Assembly: GCA_964016885.1 (NCBI GenBank)
Contig: OZ024762.1
Span: 6,758,001 to 6,822,000 of the forward strand
Source: Eledone cirrhosa
Lineage: Eukaryota
Reading direction: 5' to 3'
DNA length: 64,000 nucleotides
Part shown: piece by piece, positions 13,461-26,124 of the stretch
How the letters are laid out: every line of letters starts with the position of its first letter
Position numbering within the stretch: the stretch's first letter is position 1
Made by a program: the position numbers and the translations under genes
Notes under the pieces: model-generated
What the model was told of the DNA's origin: nothing
Seen by the model: only the letters and a program-made list of their open reading frames with translations
The model's database searches: none

Positions 13461-13679
13461 TTATTTATTCAAACGATAGTTGCTTCAACTGAAAATTTAA
13501 TTCATACATAGTTTTGTTTATTTTTCTTTAAAAAAAATTAAAATCAATAAATAGCTTAACAGTGATTTCTTCTTTCTCTTCACCTGTTGCTTTACCTTCT
13601 CCTTCTTCAATTTCTTCTTTTTCTTTACAACCGAACTTTGCCCTGATGAAATTTCTGGTTCACACTTTATGCAAGTTTA

Positions 13680-13754
13680 GCTAGCCTTTTATGAGGTTGC
13701 ATATCATAGAAGGTACTTAGTGTTTTAACGACAATGGCCCCGATCTTAACATGA

Positions 13755-13823
<69 letters not shown>

Positions 13824-14137
13824 AATATGCACGTATATGTTGTTACAGCTCAAATCTATGTAGATTTATCTGGTCTTAGGTTTCTCAGGTATTTTAATGA
13901 TAGGGGTCTTAGTCCTATCATGTTATTACAGTTCACGCCTACGTAGGTTTAGCTGGTCTCTTCAGAGATTGAATCTTCTAGAAGGTTTCTTGGGTGTTTT
14001 AATGTTAAGTGCCCTAGTTCTATCAATGTGAAAAGCAATGTAAAATAAAATGGCTTTTTAAAGAACACAACATAGCCGAGCACTTGAACCTATGGGAGGG
14101 AGTCCAACATCCTAACCAATAGGTCACATGCCTTCAC
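13680..14137 (-). mobile_element. SINE family D copy interrupted by (CA)n
   Basis: Reverse complement of family D units; head remnant at 14040-14137. Confidence 0.65.
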
Positions 14138-14304
14138 AATCGACTTCTGACGATATTAAAATATTTTACCCCTGCCGGTGTCATGTGTAAACAGATTGGC
14201 AGCAGAATGTTGGATGTGATCAGTGGCGAAATCTAATAAACCAGACCTTTGGTATTGAATCACAATGGTGTCATGTAAATGATCCATCACGTTGGCCAAT
14301 GGAT

Positions 14305-14688
14305 GAGAGCTAAACATTCCAAGTTAGATACTGGGAGATCACATAGAGTAGAACCTTGTGTTTCCTACTATTTAGGGACAATAGATGAGACCGAAACATT
14401 CCAAGTTAGATACTGGGAGATCACATAGAGTAGAACCTTGTGTTTCCTACTATTTAGGGACAATAGATGAGAGCTAAACATTCCAAGTTAGATACTGGGA
14501 GATCACATAGAGTAGAACCTTGTGTTTCCTACTATTTAGGGACAATAGATGAGACCGAAACATTCCAAGTTAGATACTGGGAGATCACATAGAGTAGAGC
14601 CTTGTATTTAGGGACAATAGATGAGACCGAAACATTCCAAGTTAGATACTGGGAGATGACATAGAGTAGAGCCTTGTGTTTCCTACTA
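14305..14688. repeat. 82-bp tandem repeat (~4.7 copies) with alternating variants
   Basis: aaacattccaagttagatactgg at 14312, 14394, 14476, 14558, 14630. Confidence 0.93.
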
Positions 14689-14754
14689 CTTGCAAAACCA
14701 AAACAAAAAAAGTCAGAGTATTCCACTCGACAACAGAGGATTTATTTTGTGGGA

Positions 14755-14947
14755 ACTGTCAAGTCAGATCAAAGAAACAATGTTTCCATTGTTGATACTA
14801 TCTACTGGTGGCAACTCCTGGCAGAAAGAGCAATGTGAAATAGAGTGTCTTGCTCAAGAACATAATGCATCACCCAGTCCGGAAATCAAGCCCACACCCT
14901 CATGATTGCAAATCCAATTCCTTAACCACTTAACCACGTGCCTTCAC
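14755..14947 (-). mobile_element. SINE family C copy
   Basis: gaaacaatgtttccatt body, CORE-like gtgtcttgctcaag, tRNA head ...cttaaccacttaaccacg. Confidence 0.8.
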
Positions 14948-15558
14948 CAATGATAAGAGGATAGAATATTAGATAGGAGTAGCTCTTTCATACTGAACTT
15001 CTTGCAAACCTCTTTCTAAAACAATTCTTATTTTTGTCTCGTTTCTATTATTGTAGGGCGGTGGTGGATTGGCAGTGTCAGGGAACATGCTTTGCAGACT
15101 ATAGTTATGTCCCTTTGCCTTTCATCCTTATGGAGTCGATAAAATGAAGTACCAGTAACACACTGAGGTTGATTTAATCGACTTCCTCCTGCCTCTCCCC
15201 AAAACAATTGTCGGCCTTGAGCCTAAATCAGAAACCATTATTGTAAAAAAAAAAATGTTTTAATCAATACATCAATGCCTGCAGTATTTGGCAATTGATA
15301 AAGTAAACACTGTTTACTTGTGCTTTTTTTTTTTGTTTGTTTGTTTATTTTTTTGTTATTCATTCATTCGTCTTTTTACTGCTTTTAGTCATTAGACTAT
15401 GACTATGCTGAGGCACCGCCCATCATCAAGGAATTCTGGTCAATCATAGCCACACAAAACCCAAATTTTTTCTCTTCAAACCTCATACTTATTTTACAGA
15501 TTTTTAATACTGTCAACCCTCTAAACCCTCAAAGTAACAGTAAACATACACACGTATG

Positions 15559-15589
<31 letters not shown>

Positions 15590-15859
15590 TTAGTTGCTAT
15601 GTTTTTCTATCTGTAAGAGTTGCATTATGACTTTTCGTTGATAAACAGGTGTAAACAGGTAAAAGCACTCCACATCAGTTCTATCTATACAACAGGTGGT
15701 GATCAAAGGTGACAGAGTTTACCATGTATGAAATAAACATTAAGGTAGAAGTTACATAATGATGTTTGTGAAAGTTTAGAGAAGATGGTAATTGTGACAC
15801 CAGCGTAGGTTGCTGTTGTAACAACTACACGACAGCTCCATGTTGGTGGAGCAGAAATA

Positions 15860-16205
15860 TGTAGTACCCGACCTCCCATGGGTACAAGCTGAAGCATATA
15901 GACAATATGCCCCCACACCCTCCCACCGCAAGGTGGTCGTGGAGGTGCCACGGCAAAAAAGCACCCAGCCCGCACTGTAAAGTGGACGTGTAGGCACCAC
16001 GGAAAAAGCACCCAGCACTCACTGTAAATGAGGTTGGTGTTAGGAAGGGCAACCAGCTGTAGAAATCAAGGCAAATCAGTTCCTGTATGAGCAAGGCATG
16101 GTCAGCCGACCAGACACTGCCCACAACAGGACAACCCGTCTAACCCATGCTAGTGTGGAAGAACGGACGTAAAACGGTGATGATGATGATGATGATGATG
16201 ATGAT
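15860..16205 (+). mobile_element. RTE 3'UTR with middle module and tail A
   Basis: Near-identical to the reverse complement of 24128-24470. Confidence 0.88.
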
Positions 16206-17164
16206 CACACACAGACACACATGACTGTCATCCAAACAGTGGGACTGAACCCAAAACCATGTGATTGTTAAGCAAACTCCTTCATGACACAGCTATATCT
16301 AATGTGTGTTCAATACATCAAAGCCTGCAGTATTTGGTAATTGATAAAGTAAACACTATCTGTTTATCTACAAAACAAACGAAAACAAAATAGAAACAGT
16401 CTCCATATGAGGATCGATATCTTTGATTTATTTTCAATATCTTCTCTCTCCTAGAGCTTGTTGACTATTACAAGGTCATTTGGGATATTGAAGTTTTATT
16501 GATTTTGTCTTGCGGGTGGTGGGGTGAGGAGAGTTGGGGGAGAGTAACGGAGAGATTGAGAGAGGGATGGAGAGGAGAGAGAAAAGAGAGTAAGGAGAGA
16601 TGGAAAGAGTGAGAGAGAGAAAAGAGAGTAAGGAGAGATGGAAAGAGTGAGAGGGAAAAAAGAGAGTAATGAAAGACGGATGGAGAGAGAGAGAAAGGAG
16701 GGGGGGGGAGATGGCTGAAGAAGAGAAAGAAGAGGGAGGGAAAGAGATGGAAAGTGGGATGGAGTGGAATGGAGTGGAATGAGAGAGAAGGAGGGAGAGA
16801 GTAAATGAGTGATGGAGAGAGGAAGAGAGAGAAGTGAGAGTACAGGAGAGAAGGGGAGCAAGAGAGTAAAGGTTTAGCTAGCCACCTACAAGGTTGCATC
16901 TCAGGAAATTCCTCATAAAAAGCAATGTGAAATTAAGCGTCTTGCTCAAAAACACAATGGGTTGGCCTGTCAGAATTTGAACTGAAGGAACAGGAACAAA
17001 CACTGCTAGATATTTCATCTGATACTCTAACCCTTCTGTCAATTCACAACCTAATCTGTTAGGACAACATGGCCACATAGACAGGGGCCTCCACACAACA
17101 CTTCCCCAATCCATCTGGGCCTACATCACTGTGGCAGCAATGCTGAGTCTATAAAGTCTAAATG

Positions 17165-17415
17165 CTGTCTCAAGCCCGGATGCTCATGAACCAGAGCTTA
17201 TCTCAATCGTGATTTATGTGGTGTGAAGCAATTGAGAGTGCATGACTCCCCCACTAGGCAGGATGCCAGTCCATTGCAGGGTTAAAGACCCAGCTAATGC
17301 TGAGTATACTAGAGCAACGTGAAATGAAGTGTTTTGCTCAAGAACACAACACCCGGATCAGTCAAGGAATTGAACCCATGACATTATGATCAGGAGTTCA
17401 ATACCCTAACCACTA
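17165..17415 (-). mobile_element. tRNA/CORE-like SINE (distinct 3' part)
   Basis: Reverse complement: tagtggttagggtattgaac...gggttcaattcc...cttgagcaaaacactt...ccctgcaatggactggcatcc. Confidence 0.78.
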
Positions 17416-17845
17416 GTTTCACCTCAATACCCTTACCACTAGTTTCACCTCAATACCCTTACCACTAGTTTCACCTCAATACCCTTACCACTAGTTTCAC
17501 CTCAACACCCTTACCACTAGTTTCACCTCAACACCTTTACCATTAGTTTCACCTCAACACCCTTACCACTAGTTTCACCTCAACACCCTTACCACTAGTT
17601 TCACCTCAATACCCTTACCACTAGTTTCACCTCAATACCCTTACCACTAGTTTCACCTCAATACCCTTACCACTAGTTTCACCTCAATACCCTTACCACT
17701 AGTTTCACCTCAATACCCTTACCACTAGTTTCACCTCAATACCCTTACCACTAGTTTCACCTCAATACCCTTACCACTAGTTTCACCTCAATACCCTTAC
17801 CACTAGTTTCACCTCAATACCCTTACCACTAGTTTCACCTCAACA
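17403..17845. repeat. 26-bp minisatellite (~17 copies) contiguous with the SINE head
   Basis: accactagtttcacctcaataccctt repeated; reverse complement contains the A-box-like tagtggtaaggg. Confidence 0.95.
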
Positions 17846-19169
17846 CTGAGTCAGTCACCAGTGAAACAACGACTATGAATATATATATAATCATCCAAAG
17901 CACTACCAGCATAGTTTGAATAGTCTATATAATTTATTGTATGCTGATCTGGTGCCACAACAATAAAAGCACCTAATCCACCCTGTAGGATTGCTGTTTT
18001 AGTGCCGGGACAAAAAGCAGCCTGTCTACACTGTAAGTGTTGTGTGGTGTAGTGTAGTGTGGAGTTTGTGTCATGTATGTGTGCGTATGTGGTGTGGTGT
18101 TTGTGTCATGTATGTGTTATATTTCCACATGGGTTCGCAGTGATGAGATTAACCCGTAAACCACTGAGACCCATATCAGTTGTATAGCGTCACCATAGCA
18201 ACTGTAGCCATTTCCCGTCTTTTCTATTTCATATCTCCAGCTTCCTATAGTGATTAATATTGTAAACACCTCACACCACAACACAGTACCCCACCACCTC
18301 ACACCACAGTAGCCCCAACACATCAGACCAAAACACACCCCAACACCTCACGGCACACCCCATCACACTCCAAGACAAGGCCACATCACTAGAAACACTG
18401 GTGTTGGCCACCACAAAACCAAATAAATAAAAGAATAAGTAAAAACAAAAACACAAAAAAATAGCTGCGAAATAAAGCTCCCCAACCAATAGATTAGGAG
18501 AAGGCATCTGGGGTGGATTAATTGGCTCAAATGATGCTGAGAACATCATTTTAAAATATATTCCCAAGAAACCATCAGTATTTGGTAAAGATGGAGTCAC
18601 CAGTGGTTAGTATCAATCTTGAGTCTATCAGATAGAGGTCTAATAGAGACAGAGAAAGACATTAACATGGTGGGGGGAGGGAGAGATACAGAGATGGAGA
18701 TATGAAGAGGGAGAGAGAGGGAGAGGGGGGGATTTAAATAGACAGCCCAAGAAATAGGGGTTAAAAGTCATAGAAAGGGACAGAGAGAGCCAGAGAGAGA
18801 AACAGGGAGAGAGAGGGGGGGTCAGAGGAAGGGGGAGCAGAATGAGAGAGAGGGGGAGTCAGAGGAAGGGGGCGCAGAATGAGAGAGAGAGAGAGAGAGA
18901 GAGAGGGTAACAAGGGTTTTTCAGACAAAGTTGGGAGCTGGTTTCCTGCTGTCATATTTGACATGTGGCAACTACAGTTTTTGTTGTTGTGGGTTGAGGG
19001 AGGAAGGGTTGTGTTTAGGTTCCCTGTGAATCTGGGATCTGGTGGGGATCTCCCTCCCCTCATCCCCCACCATGGTGAAATAATGAAAGAAAGTTGAATA
19101 TTTCAATCAAACCATATTACAAAGATATCTCACTCTCTACTATTGCCCATCTTTCTTGCTCGCCATTTT

Positions 19170-19282
19170 ATACATACATACATACATACATACATACATA
19201 CATACATACATACATACATACATACATACATACATACATACATACATACATACATACATACATACATACAGACATACATACA

Positions 19283-19318
<36 letters not shown>

Positions 19319-19320
19319 TT
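19170..19320. repeat. (TACA)n microsatellite
   Basis: Direct reading. Confidence 0.97.
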
Positions 19321-19324
19321 ATAG

Positions 19325-20122
19325 GGTAAAATATTGCTCAGAATGTAGGAAAGGTGTAGGTAGAAACTTCATCCTCTGCCCCATATGCAATTATGGATAC
19401 ACAAGAGATGTAGTGGGATCAGTAAGCAACAAACAACCACAGGAAGCAACACTACCAAACTCTGGGAGGACTCTGTAGAAACAGTAGATAGCTTCTGCTA
19501 CTTCCTGGGTGACCGAATTAGCAGCGGAGCTACTACCATTGCTAGCTGCAAAATGAAAGGCAGATTGTATGATGTGTGCATACGAACAGCAATGTTGCAT
19601 GGTAGTGAGACATGGGCGTTGTGTGCAGAAGACTTGCGTAGATTGGAATGAAAGGAAGATTGAATGCTCTGTTGGATGTGTAATAGTAATATACGCGAAC
19701 GGCAAAGTATAATGAACTGAGAGAGAAACTAGGTATCAGAAGAATTAAATGCTGTGAACAGTAGAGGATATTGCATTGGTATGGACATGTGATGCGTATG
19801 AAGGATGTCAGCTGCATAAAAAAGTTCAGAGCACTCAAAGTTGATGGAAGCCTTGGAGTGGTGAGACCCAAGAAGACTTGAGATGAGGTAATAAAAGCTG
19901 ACTTTGCCCATTGCACCTCTCAAAGGGGATGACACAGTACTGAGATCTCTGGGGTTATGCAGTAATACAGAACCCCCGACTTCCCATGGGCACAAGCATA
20001 TATATACAGTATGCCCTGCCCATAAACAAAGCATAGTCACCTGACCTAGCATTGCCCACAACAAGACAACTTGTCTAACTCATGTTATTGTGGAAGAATG
20101 TACATAAAACAGTGATGATGAT
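19325..20122 (+). mobile_element. Multiply deleted RTE LINE with Cys-rich RT insert remnant and tail A
   Basis: CSECRKGVGRNFILC / WIHKRCSGI, VDSFCY.LG, MLHGSETWAL, LHWYGHVMRM; (gat) tail. Confidence 0.9.
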
Positions 20123-20295
20123 ATATTTATGTGTGTGTGTGTATATATATATATATGTGCGTGTGTGTGCTTATATGCATACATGAACATTTTATATTAT
20201 ACATATTCTATGTGTGTGTGTATATATATATATATGTGTGTGTATATATATATATATGTGTGTGTAAGTGTTTGTATTTGTGTATATATATATAT

Positions 20296-20680
20296 CATCA
20301 TCATCATCATCATCATCATCGTTTAACGTCCATCTTCCACGCTTGCATGGGTTTGGACGAGAGTTTTCCCACTTGAGGCAAGAGTGGTTGTCTTGCTCGC
20401 ATAGGACTGTCTGGCGGGTTTTCTACGGCTGGATGCCCTTCCTAACACCAACCACGTTTACAGTGTGGAACTGGGAGGTTTTTACCGTGTTACCTACACG
20501 GCCACATTACAGCGTGGACTGTGTGTTTTTTGTAGTGACACCTACACAACCTCATTTGTTTCGGACTGGATGTTGTGGCACCAACATAACTTTACATTTA
20601 AGGGGGTGGTGTGGATGGGGTGGGGGCAGTGGGACGGGGGGGGGGGTTATTTTTGTTAGAGGTGCCTACTGACTGTTGGT
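20296..20680 (-). mobile_element. Non-autonomous retroelement variant (tail C); twin at 26971-27350
   Basis: (cat)n, gtttaacgtcc tail, ctggatgcccttcctaacacc module; near-identical second copy. Confidence 0.85.
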
Positions 20681-20731
20681 TTCGCTTTGTACTTAGGCAA
20701 GGCGAGTCTTCTGTATGACTGTGTAGCGCCA

Positions 20732-20765
<34 letters not shown>

Positions 20766-20989
20766 ATTTGTATGTGTGTGTGTATATATATATATATGTG
20801 TGTGTGAGAGTGTTTGTATGTGTGTGTGTATGTGTGTGTGTGTGTGTGTGTGTTCTACAATCCCTCAACTATTATTTCTCGTTAATCTTAAACAGTTTAA
20901 GATAACATAAATGGAAAAGTTGTAAGTTTATCATTTGTGAATTCATTGAAGTGAAGGGAGAGCAAGATGACTGCAGGGAATATTATAGT

Positions 20990-21906
20990 CACACACACAC
21001 AGCTTCACAGACATACACACAGGCACACACACACAGGCACAGGAACACACACACACACAGCTTCACAGGAACACACACAGGCACACACACACACACACAC
21101 ACAGCTTCACAGACATACACACAGGCACACACACACAGGCACAGGAACACACACACACACAGCTTCACAGGAACACACACAGGCACACACACACACACAC
21201 ACACAGCTTCACAGACATACACACAGGCACACACATACACACAGCTTCACAGACATACACACAGGCACACACACACACACACACACACACAGCTTCACAG
21301 ACATACACACAGGCACACACACACAGCTTCACAGACATACACAGGCAGACAGGCATACATACACACAGGCACTTACATACAGACAGACAGACACACACAC
21401 ACATACACAGAGACAGACATACACACACACAGACAGACATACACAGGCAGACATACACACATACACACAGACACTTACATACAGACAGACACACACACAT
21501 ACACACACATAGAGACAGACACATACACACACACAGAGAGACAGCAGGCAGACATACACACATACATTCACAGACAGACACACACACACATACATACAGA
21601 CATACACAAAGACAGACAGACACACATATATATACAGACTGACAGACAGGTGCACACACACACAGAAGCATGCACACATACAGACACATACACTCACGGG
21701 CATACGTGTATATACATACATACACATACAGATACACACACACATATATATATATACATATACAACACAACCACCCACACACATATATATACATACATAT
21801 ACATACATATACAACACAACCACCCACACATACAGGCACAGACAGACACACACATATGCATACAGATACACACATTCACACATACACACATATAGACATA
21901 CACAGG

Positions 21907-21940
<34 letters not shown>

Positions 21941-21975
21941 CATATTGACACACAAACACAGACATACACAAACAG

Positions 21976-22028
<53 letters not shown>

Positions 22029-22310
22029 TACAGGCCCATATATACACATACCTATACACACACACTGAGGCACATATATCAACACAGATGCAGATATAAA
22101 AACAAACACACACACACACACCAAACACACATGCACACACACACACATATATATATATACATACCTATATATACACACACATACAGGCCCATATATACAC
22201 ATACCTATACACACGCACTAAGGCACATATATAAACACAGATGCAGATATAAAAACAAACACACTCACACACACAAACACACACATATATATACACACAC
22301 ACGCACTCTA
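20990..22310. repeat. CA-rich minisatellite and microsatellite block
   Basis: Recurring cacacagcttcacagacatacacacagg. Confidence 0.9.
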
Positions 22311-22514
22311 CAACCACCACATTAAAGATATTTGCAAAAATAGTGTGTTTTTTTAATTTTTATTTCATACCATAATATTTACCTGATGGTGATGATGATG
22401 ATGATGATGATGATTGTGACATGGCAATTTTTCATTTAATTTTGAAATATTTGATTTGGCTCAGTTGGTTCTGAATTCAGACCCTGTCTGTTTCTGTCAG
22501 GGGTTGTGTTTGAG

Positions 22515-22975
22515 AGATAGTATCAGTAATGGAAAGATCAATAAAAATATTGTTCCCTTGGTTTGATCTGATGATCAGCTCCTTTCTTCTGCCAGGAGTT
22601 GTGATCAACTGACAGAGGGTATCAGTAATGGAAAGATCAATAAAAATATTGTTCCCTTGGTTTGATCTGATGATCAGCTCCTTTCTTCTGTCAGGAGTTG
22701 TGATCAACTGACTGAGGGTATCAGTAATGGAAAGATCAATAAAAACATTGTTCCCTTGGTTTGATCTGATGATCAGCTCCTTTCTTCTGCCAGGAGTTGT
22801 GATCAACTGACAGAGGGTATCAGTAATGGAAAGATCAATAGAAATATTGTTCCCTTGGTTTGATCTGATGATCAGCTCCTTTCTTCTGCCAGGAGTTGTG
22901 ATTGACTGGGTATCAGTAAGGGAAAGACTAAACAAAACATTGTTTCTGTGGTTCGATCTGACAATCAGCTCCTTT
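22515..22975 (+). repeat. 99-bp tandem array of the SINE family C body (~4.5 copies)
   Basis: Period 99 (22521, 22620); gives the 33-aa repeat ORF 22477-22935. Confidence 0.92.
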
Positions 22976-23204
22976 TTTTTTTAGTAATGTTAGAATTGAC
23001 AATGTCCATATTGACAGTTACATTAAACACAGATCAACAGCAACTGATTATTTAAATAGGCCTGTCAGAAATCAGGCATTTTTAAAAATGATTTTAGATA
23101 TGTCAAAACTTTCAAAACTTCATAGATGTGGAATTGTCAGAAGTAATCAGTGTTGTTATTACAATTGTCAGAGAAATTTAAAGTTTGATAAGATGTAATA
23201 AGAA

Positions 23205-23535
23205 GGGGTTGACTGTCAGATCAGACCAGGGTAATAATGTTTCCATTGATCTATCCATTACTGATACTATCGGTCAGTCAGTCACAACTCCTGGCAGAAG
23301 AAAGAGACTTATCATCAAATCAGACCACGGAAATAATGTTTCCATTGGTCTTTTCTTAGCTGATACACTCTGCTAGTCACAATTCCTGGCAGGAGAAAAA
23401 ATATGATCATCAGATCAGACCAGTCAAACAATGTTTCCCTTGGGCTTTTCATTGCTGATACTATCTCTCAGTCACAATTCTGAGCAGAAGAAAGGAGCTG
23501 CTCATTAGATTGGACCATGGAAGTAGTGTTTCCAA
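23205..23535 (-). repeat. Degenerate tandem copies of the same unit in opposite orientation
   Basis: atcagacca...aatgtttccattg...cacaactcctggcagaag repeated ~3.5 times. Confidence 0.85.
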
Positions 23536-23569
23536 TGTTCAAACCGGCCAAAACCAGCCAGAATTCTAA

Positions 23570-23881
23570 ACCCCACTATCAGGCTAAATAATTTCTTTAA
23601 TTTCTTTAGCCAAAATACGGCGGGCGTTAGCTAACATTTCTAATAATTTCAAATCAACTCGCTGTTTCGAAAATATTCTTACATATATGGCTTGGCTAGA
23701 GATTTAAGACGCTGGTTTGAGACCTTTATTTCCCTCCGAAGAAGAGATACTATCTCGAAAATTAAGGACATTTAAATAAATTCAAGGTGAAAGACGAATT
23801 CTCAACAATATCTTTTACTATTGCATTCTTTTTTCTATGTCCATACCTGCATTGTTTTGGCCTTATTACACATATTCAAAC

Positions 23882-23885
<4 letters not shown>
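23570..23885 (+). mobile_element. Putative Penelope-like pseudo-LTR fragment with hammerhead-like motif
   Basis: ccgaaga-a-gagatactatctc-gaaa-atta, then aataaa, ending at (TA)n. Confidence 0.45.
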
Positions 23886-23924
<39 letters not shown>

Positions 23925-24127
23925 TGTACATAAAAGCATACATACATACACACACATGTACATATATACATAAACTGTAGTTTGGATCTAGCTGTCGAAA
24001 CGGCCGGAGCTCAGCCGTCGGGGTCCTGACTCTCTTCCTATTACCCACTCTACTACCCTAAGTATTGAGTACTCTGGTGCGTTATGGTCCACCTGGTATC
24101 TTACCACACCTTCTTTGTTATATATAT

Positions 24128-24605
24128 CATCATCATCATCATCATCACCGTTTTACGTCCGTTCTTCCACGCTAGCATGGGTTAGACGGGTTGTCCTGTT
24201 GTGGGCAGTGTCTGGTCGGCTGACCATGCCTTGCTCATACAGGAACTGATCTGGCTTGATTTCTACAGCTGGATGCCCTTCCTAACACCAACCTCATTTA
24301 CAGTGAGTGCTGGGTGCTTTTTCGTGGCGCCTACACGTCCACTTTACAGTGTGGGCTGGGTGCTTTTTTGCCGTGGCACCTCCACGACCACCTTGCGGGG
24401 GGGGGGGGGGGGGGGGGCATATTGTTTATATGCTTCAGCATGTACCCATGGGAGGTCGGGTACCCTGTATTACTGCGTGACGCCAGAAGTCACGGTCGTG
24501 TGTCATTGACTTTGAGAGGTGTAGTTGGGTAAGGTCGGCTTTTATCACCTCATCCCAAGTCATCTTGGGTCTCCCCACTCCGCGGTTTCCATCAACTTCT
24601 AGTTG
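24128..24605 (-). mobile_element. RTE 3' end with middle module and tail A
   Basis: EVDGNRGVGRPKMTWDEVIKADL on minus plus 3'UTR and (cat)n. Confidence 0.9.
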
Positions 24606-24939
24606 ATGGAAATATATATATATATATGCATATATGCATATGCACACACACTCACACACATATATGCACACACACACACATATATACATTCCTATATATA
24701 CACACTGAGACAATCACGCAGGTACATACATATGTACACACATACACATATACATACACACATGCATACATATACACAACCACACATATATGTACAATTT
24801 CAGTTGAAACATATTATTGAATGATCAGAGCAAATTTGTTCCAATAAATGGTGAGAAACTGTGACAAACAAAAGGTCGTTAGGACTAATTAGATTTCATT
24901 GTATTTGTAGAAAAATAAATTATTGATCTAGAATAGGTA

Positions 24940-25880
24940 AGAGTTACCAAGGAGACGTGTTGAATGGATGTATGGAGGAGGTTGGATCAGACTCAGCAAC
25001 AGTAGCAACACTGACATGTGTGAGGAAGAAGTTACTGGAACGGTGAGCTAATGAGGAGGGGAATGGCTCCGAAACGGAAGAGAAAGGTGAGAGAGAGGGA
25101 GGGGGTGAGAAAGGTGAGAGAGGGAGGGAGGGAGGGGGTGAGAAAGGTGAGAGAGAGGGAGGGGGTGAGAAAGGTGAGAGGGAGAGAGGGGGTGAGAAAG
25201 GTGAGAGAGAGAGGGGGTGAGAAAGGTGAGAGAGGGAGGGAGGGGGTGAGAAAGGTGAGAGAGAGGGAGGGGTGAGAAAGGTGAGAGAGAGGGAGGGGTG
25301 AGAAAGGTGAGAGGGAGGGGGTAAGAAAGGTGAGGGAGAGGGAGGGGGTGACAAGGTGAGGGAGAGAGGGAGGGGGTGAGAAAGGTGAGGGAGGGGGTGA
25401 GAAAGGTGAGAGAGAGAGAGGGGGTGAGAAAGGTGAGGGAGAGGGAGGGGGTGAGAAAGGTGAGAGAGGGGGAGGGGGTGAGAAGTGCCATAGTTTAAGG
25501 CAGCAAGAGACATGGGTGGTGAATCTGTAAATGAGAATGGTCCAGGGTGAGTAGAGTATTTGAGAGAGAGAGGGGGGGGGGGGGGGGTTACCGAATTGCA
25601 AAAGATGACTGGAATAAAACTAGTGATGAAGAGAAATGGGATGAGATGGTTGGGTCAAGTGCTGAGGAATAGAACCAGTGATATAGATGTTGTGAAGAGA
25701 AATGGGATGAGATGGTTGGGTCAAGTGGTGAGGAAAGATAAAATTGACTGGTTGAGAGGAACTAAAGTTTCTAAAGTCTGTCTGAAGCCGAGAGGCTGGT
25801 AAAGGAATTTGAAGGAAGTAGAAGGGGGACCAAGAAAGACATTGCTAAAGATACTGAAGAATGAAATGATAGCAAGGAAG
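24940..25880 (+). mobile_element. Old RTE fragment split by a GA-rich ~24-bp minisatellite (25080-25485)
   Basis: MRWLGQVLR twice and an RT-end-like stretch upstream; (gagaaaggtgagagagaggg) array inside. Confidence 0.65.
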
Positions 25881-26124
25881 AGAATTGGTGAGGGGGCGGT
25901 GCAGTTGATGGGGCTAAAGAAGCATTACAAGACTCCACCTCCCCCAATGCAAGGCTAACCCTCTTTTAGCAGGAGAAATTGTCTTAAAACAATTGTTCTT
26001 GTGGTTGTTGCTGTTGTTGTATTTGGTAGTAACACTAAACCAAAGCTGTCTCACTAACATTATCGGGCATAAACAAACCACAAGTGCACCAATGAAAATA
26101 TATAGAGAGGCAGACATAACTGTG

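Noticed and set aside
14380-14400. Hammerhead-like gatgagaccgaaac in the 82-bp repeat
   Set aside because: Lacks the CU of the core and stem II cannot form
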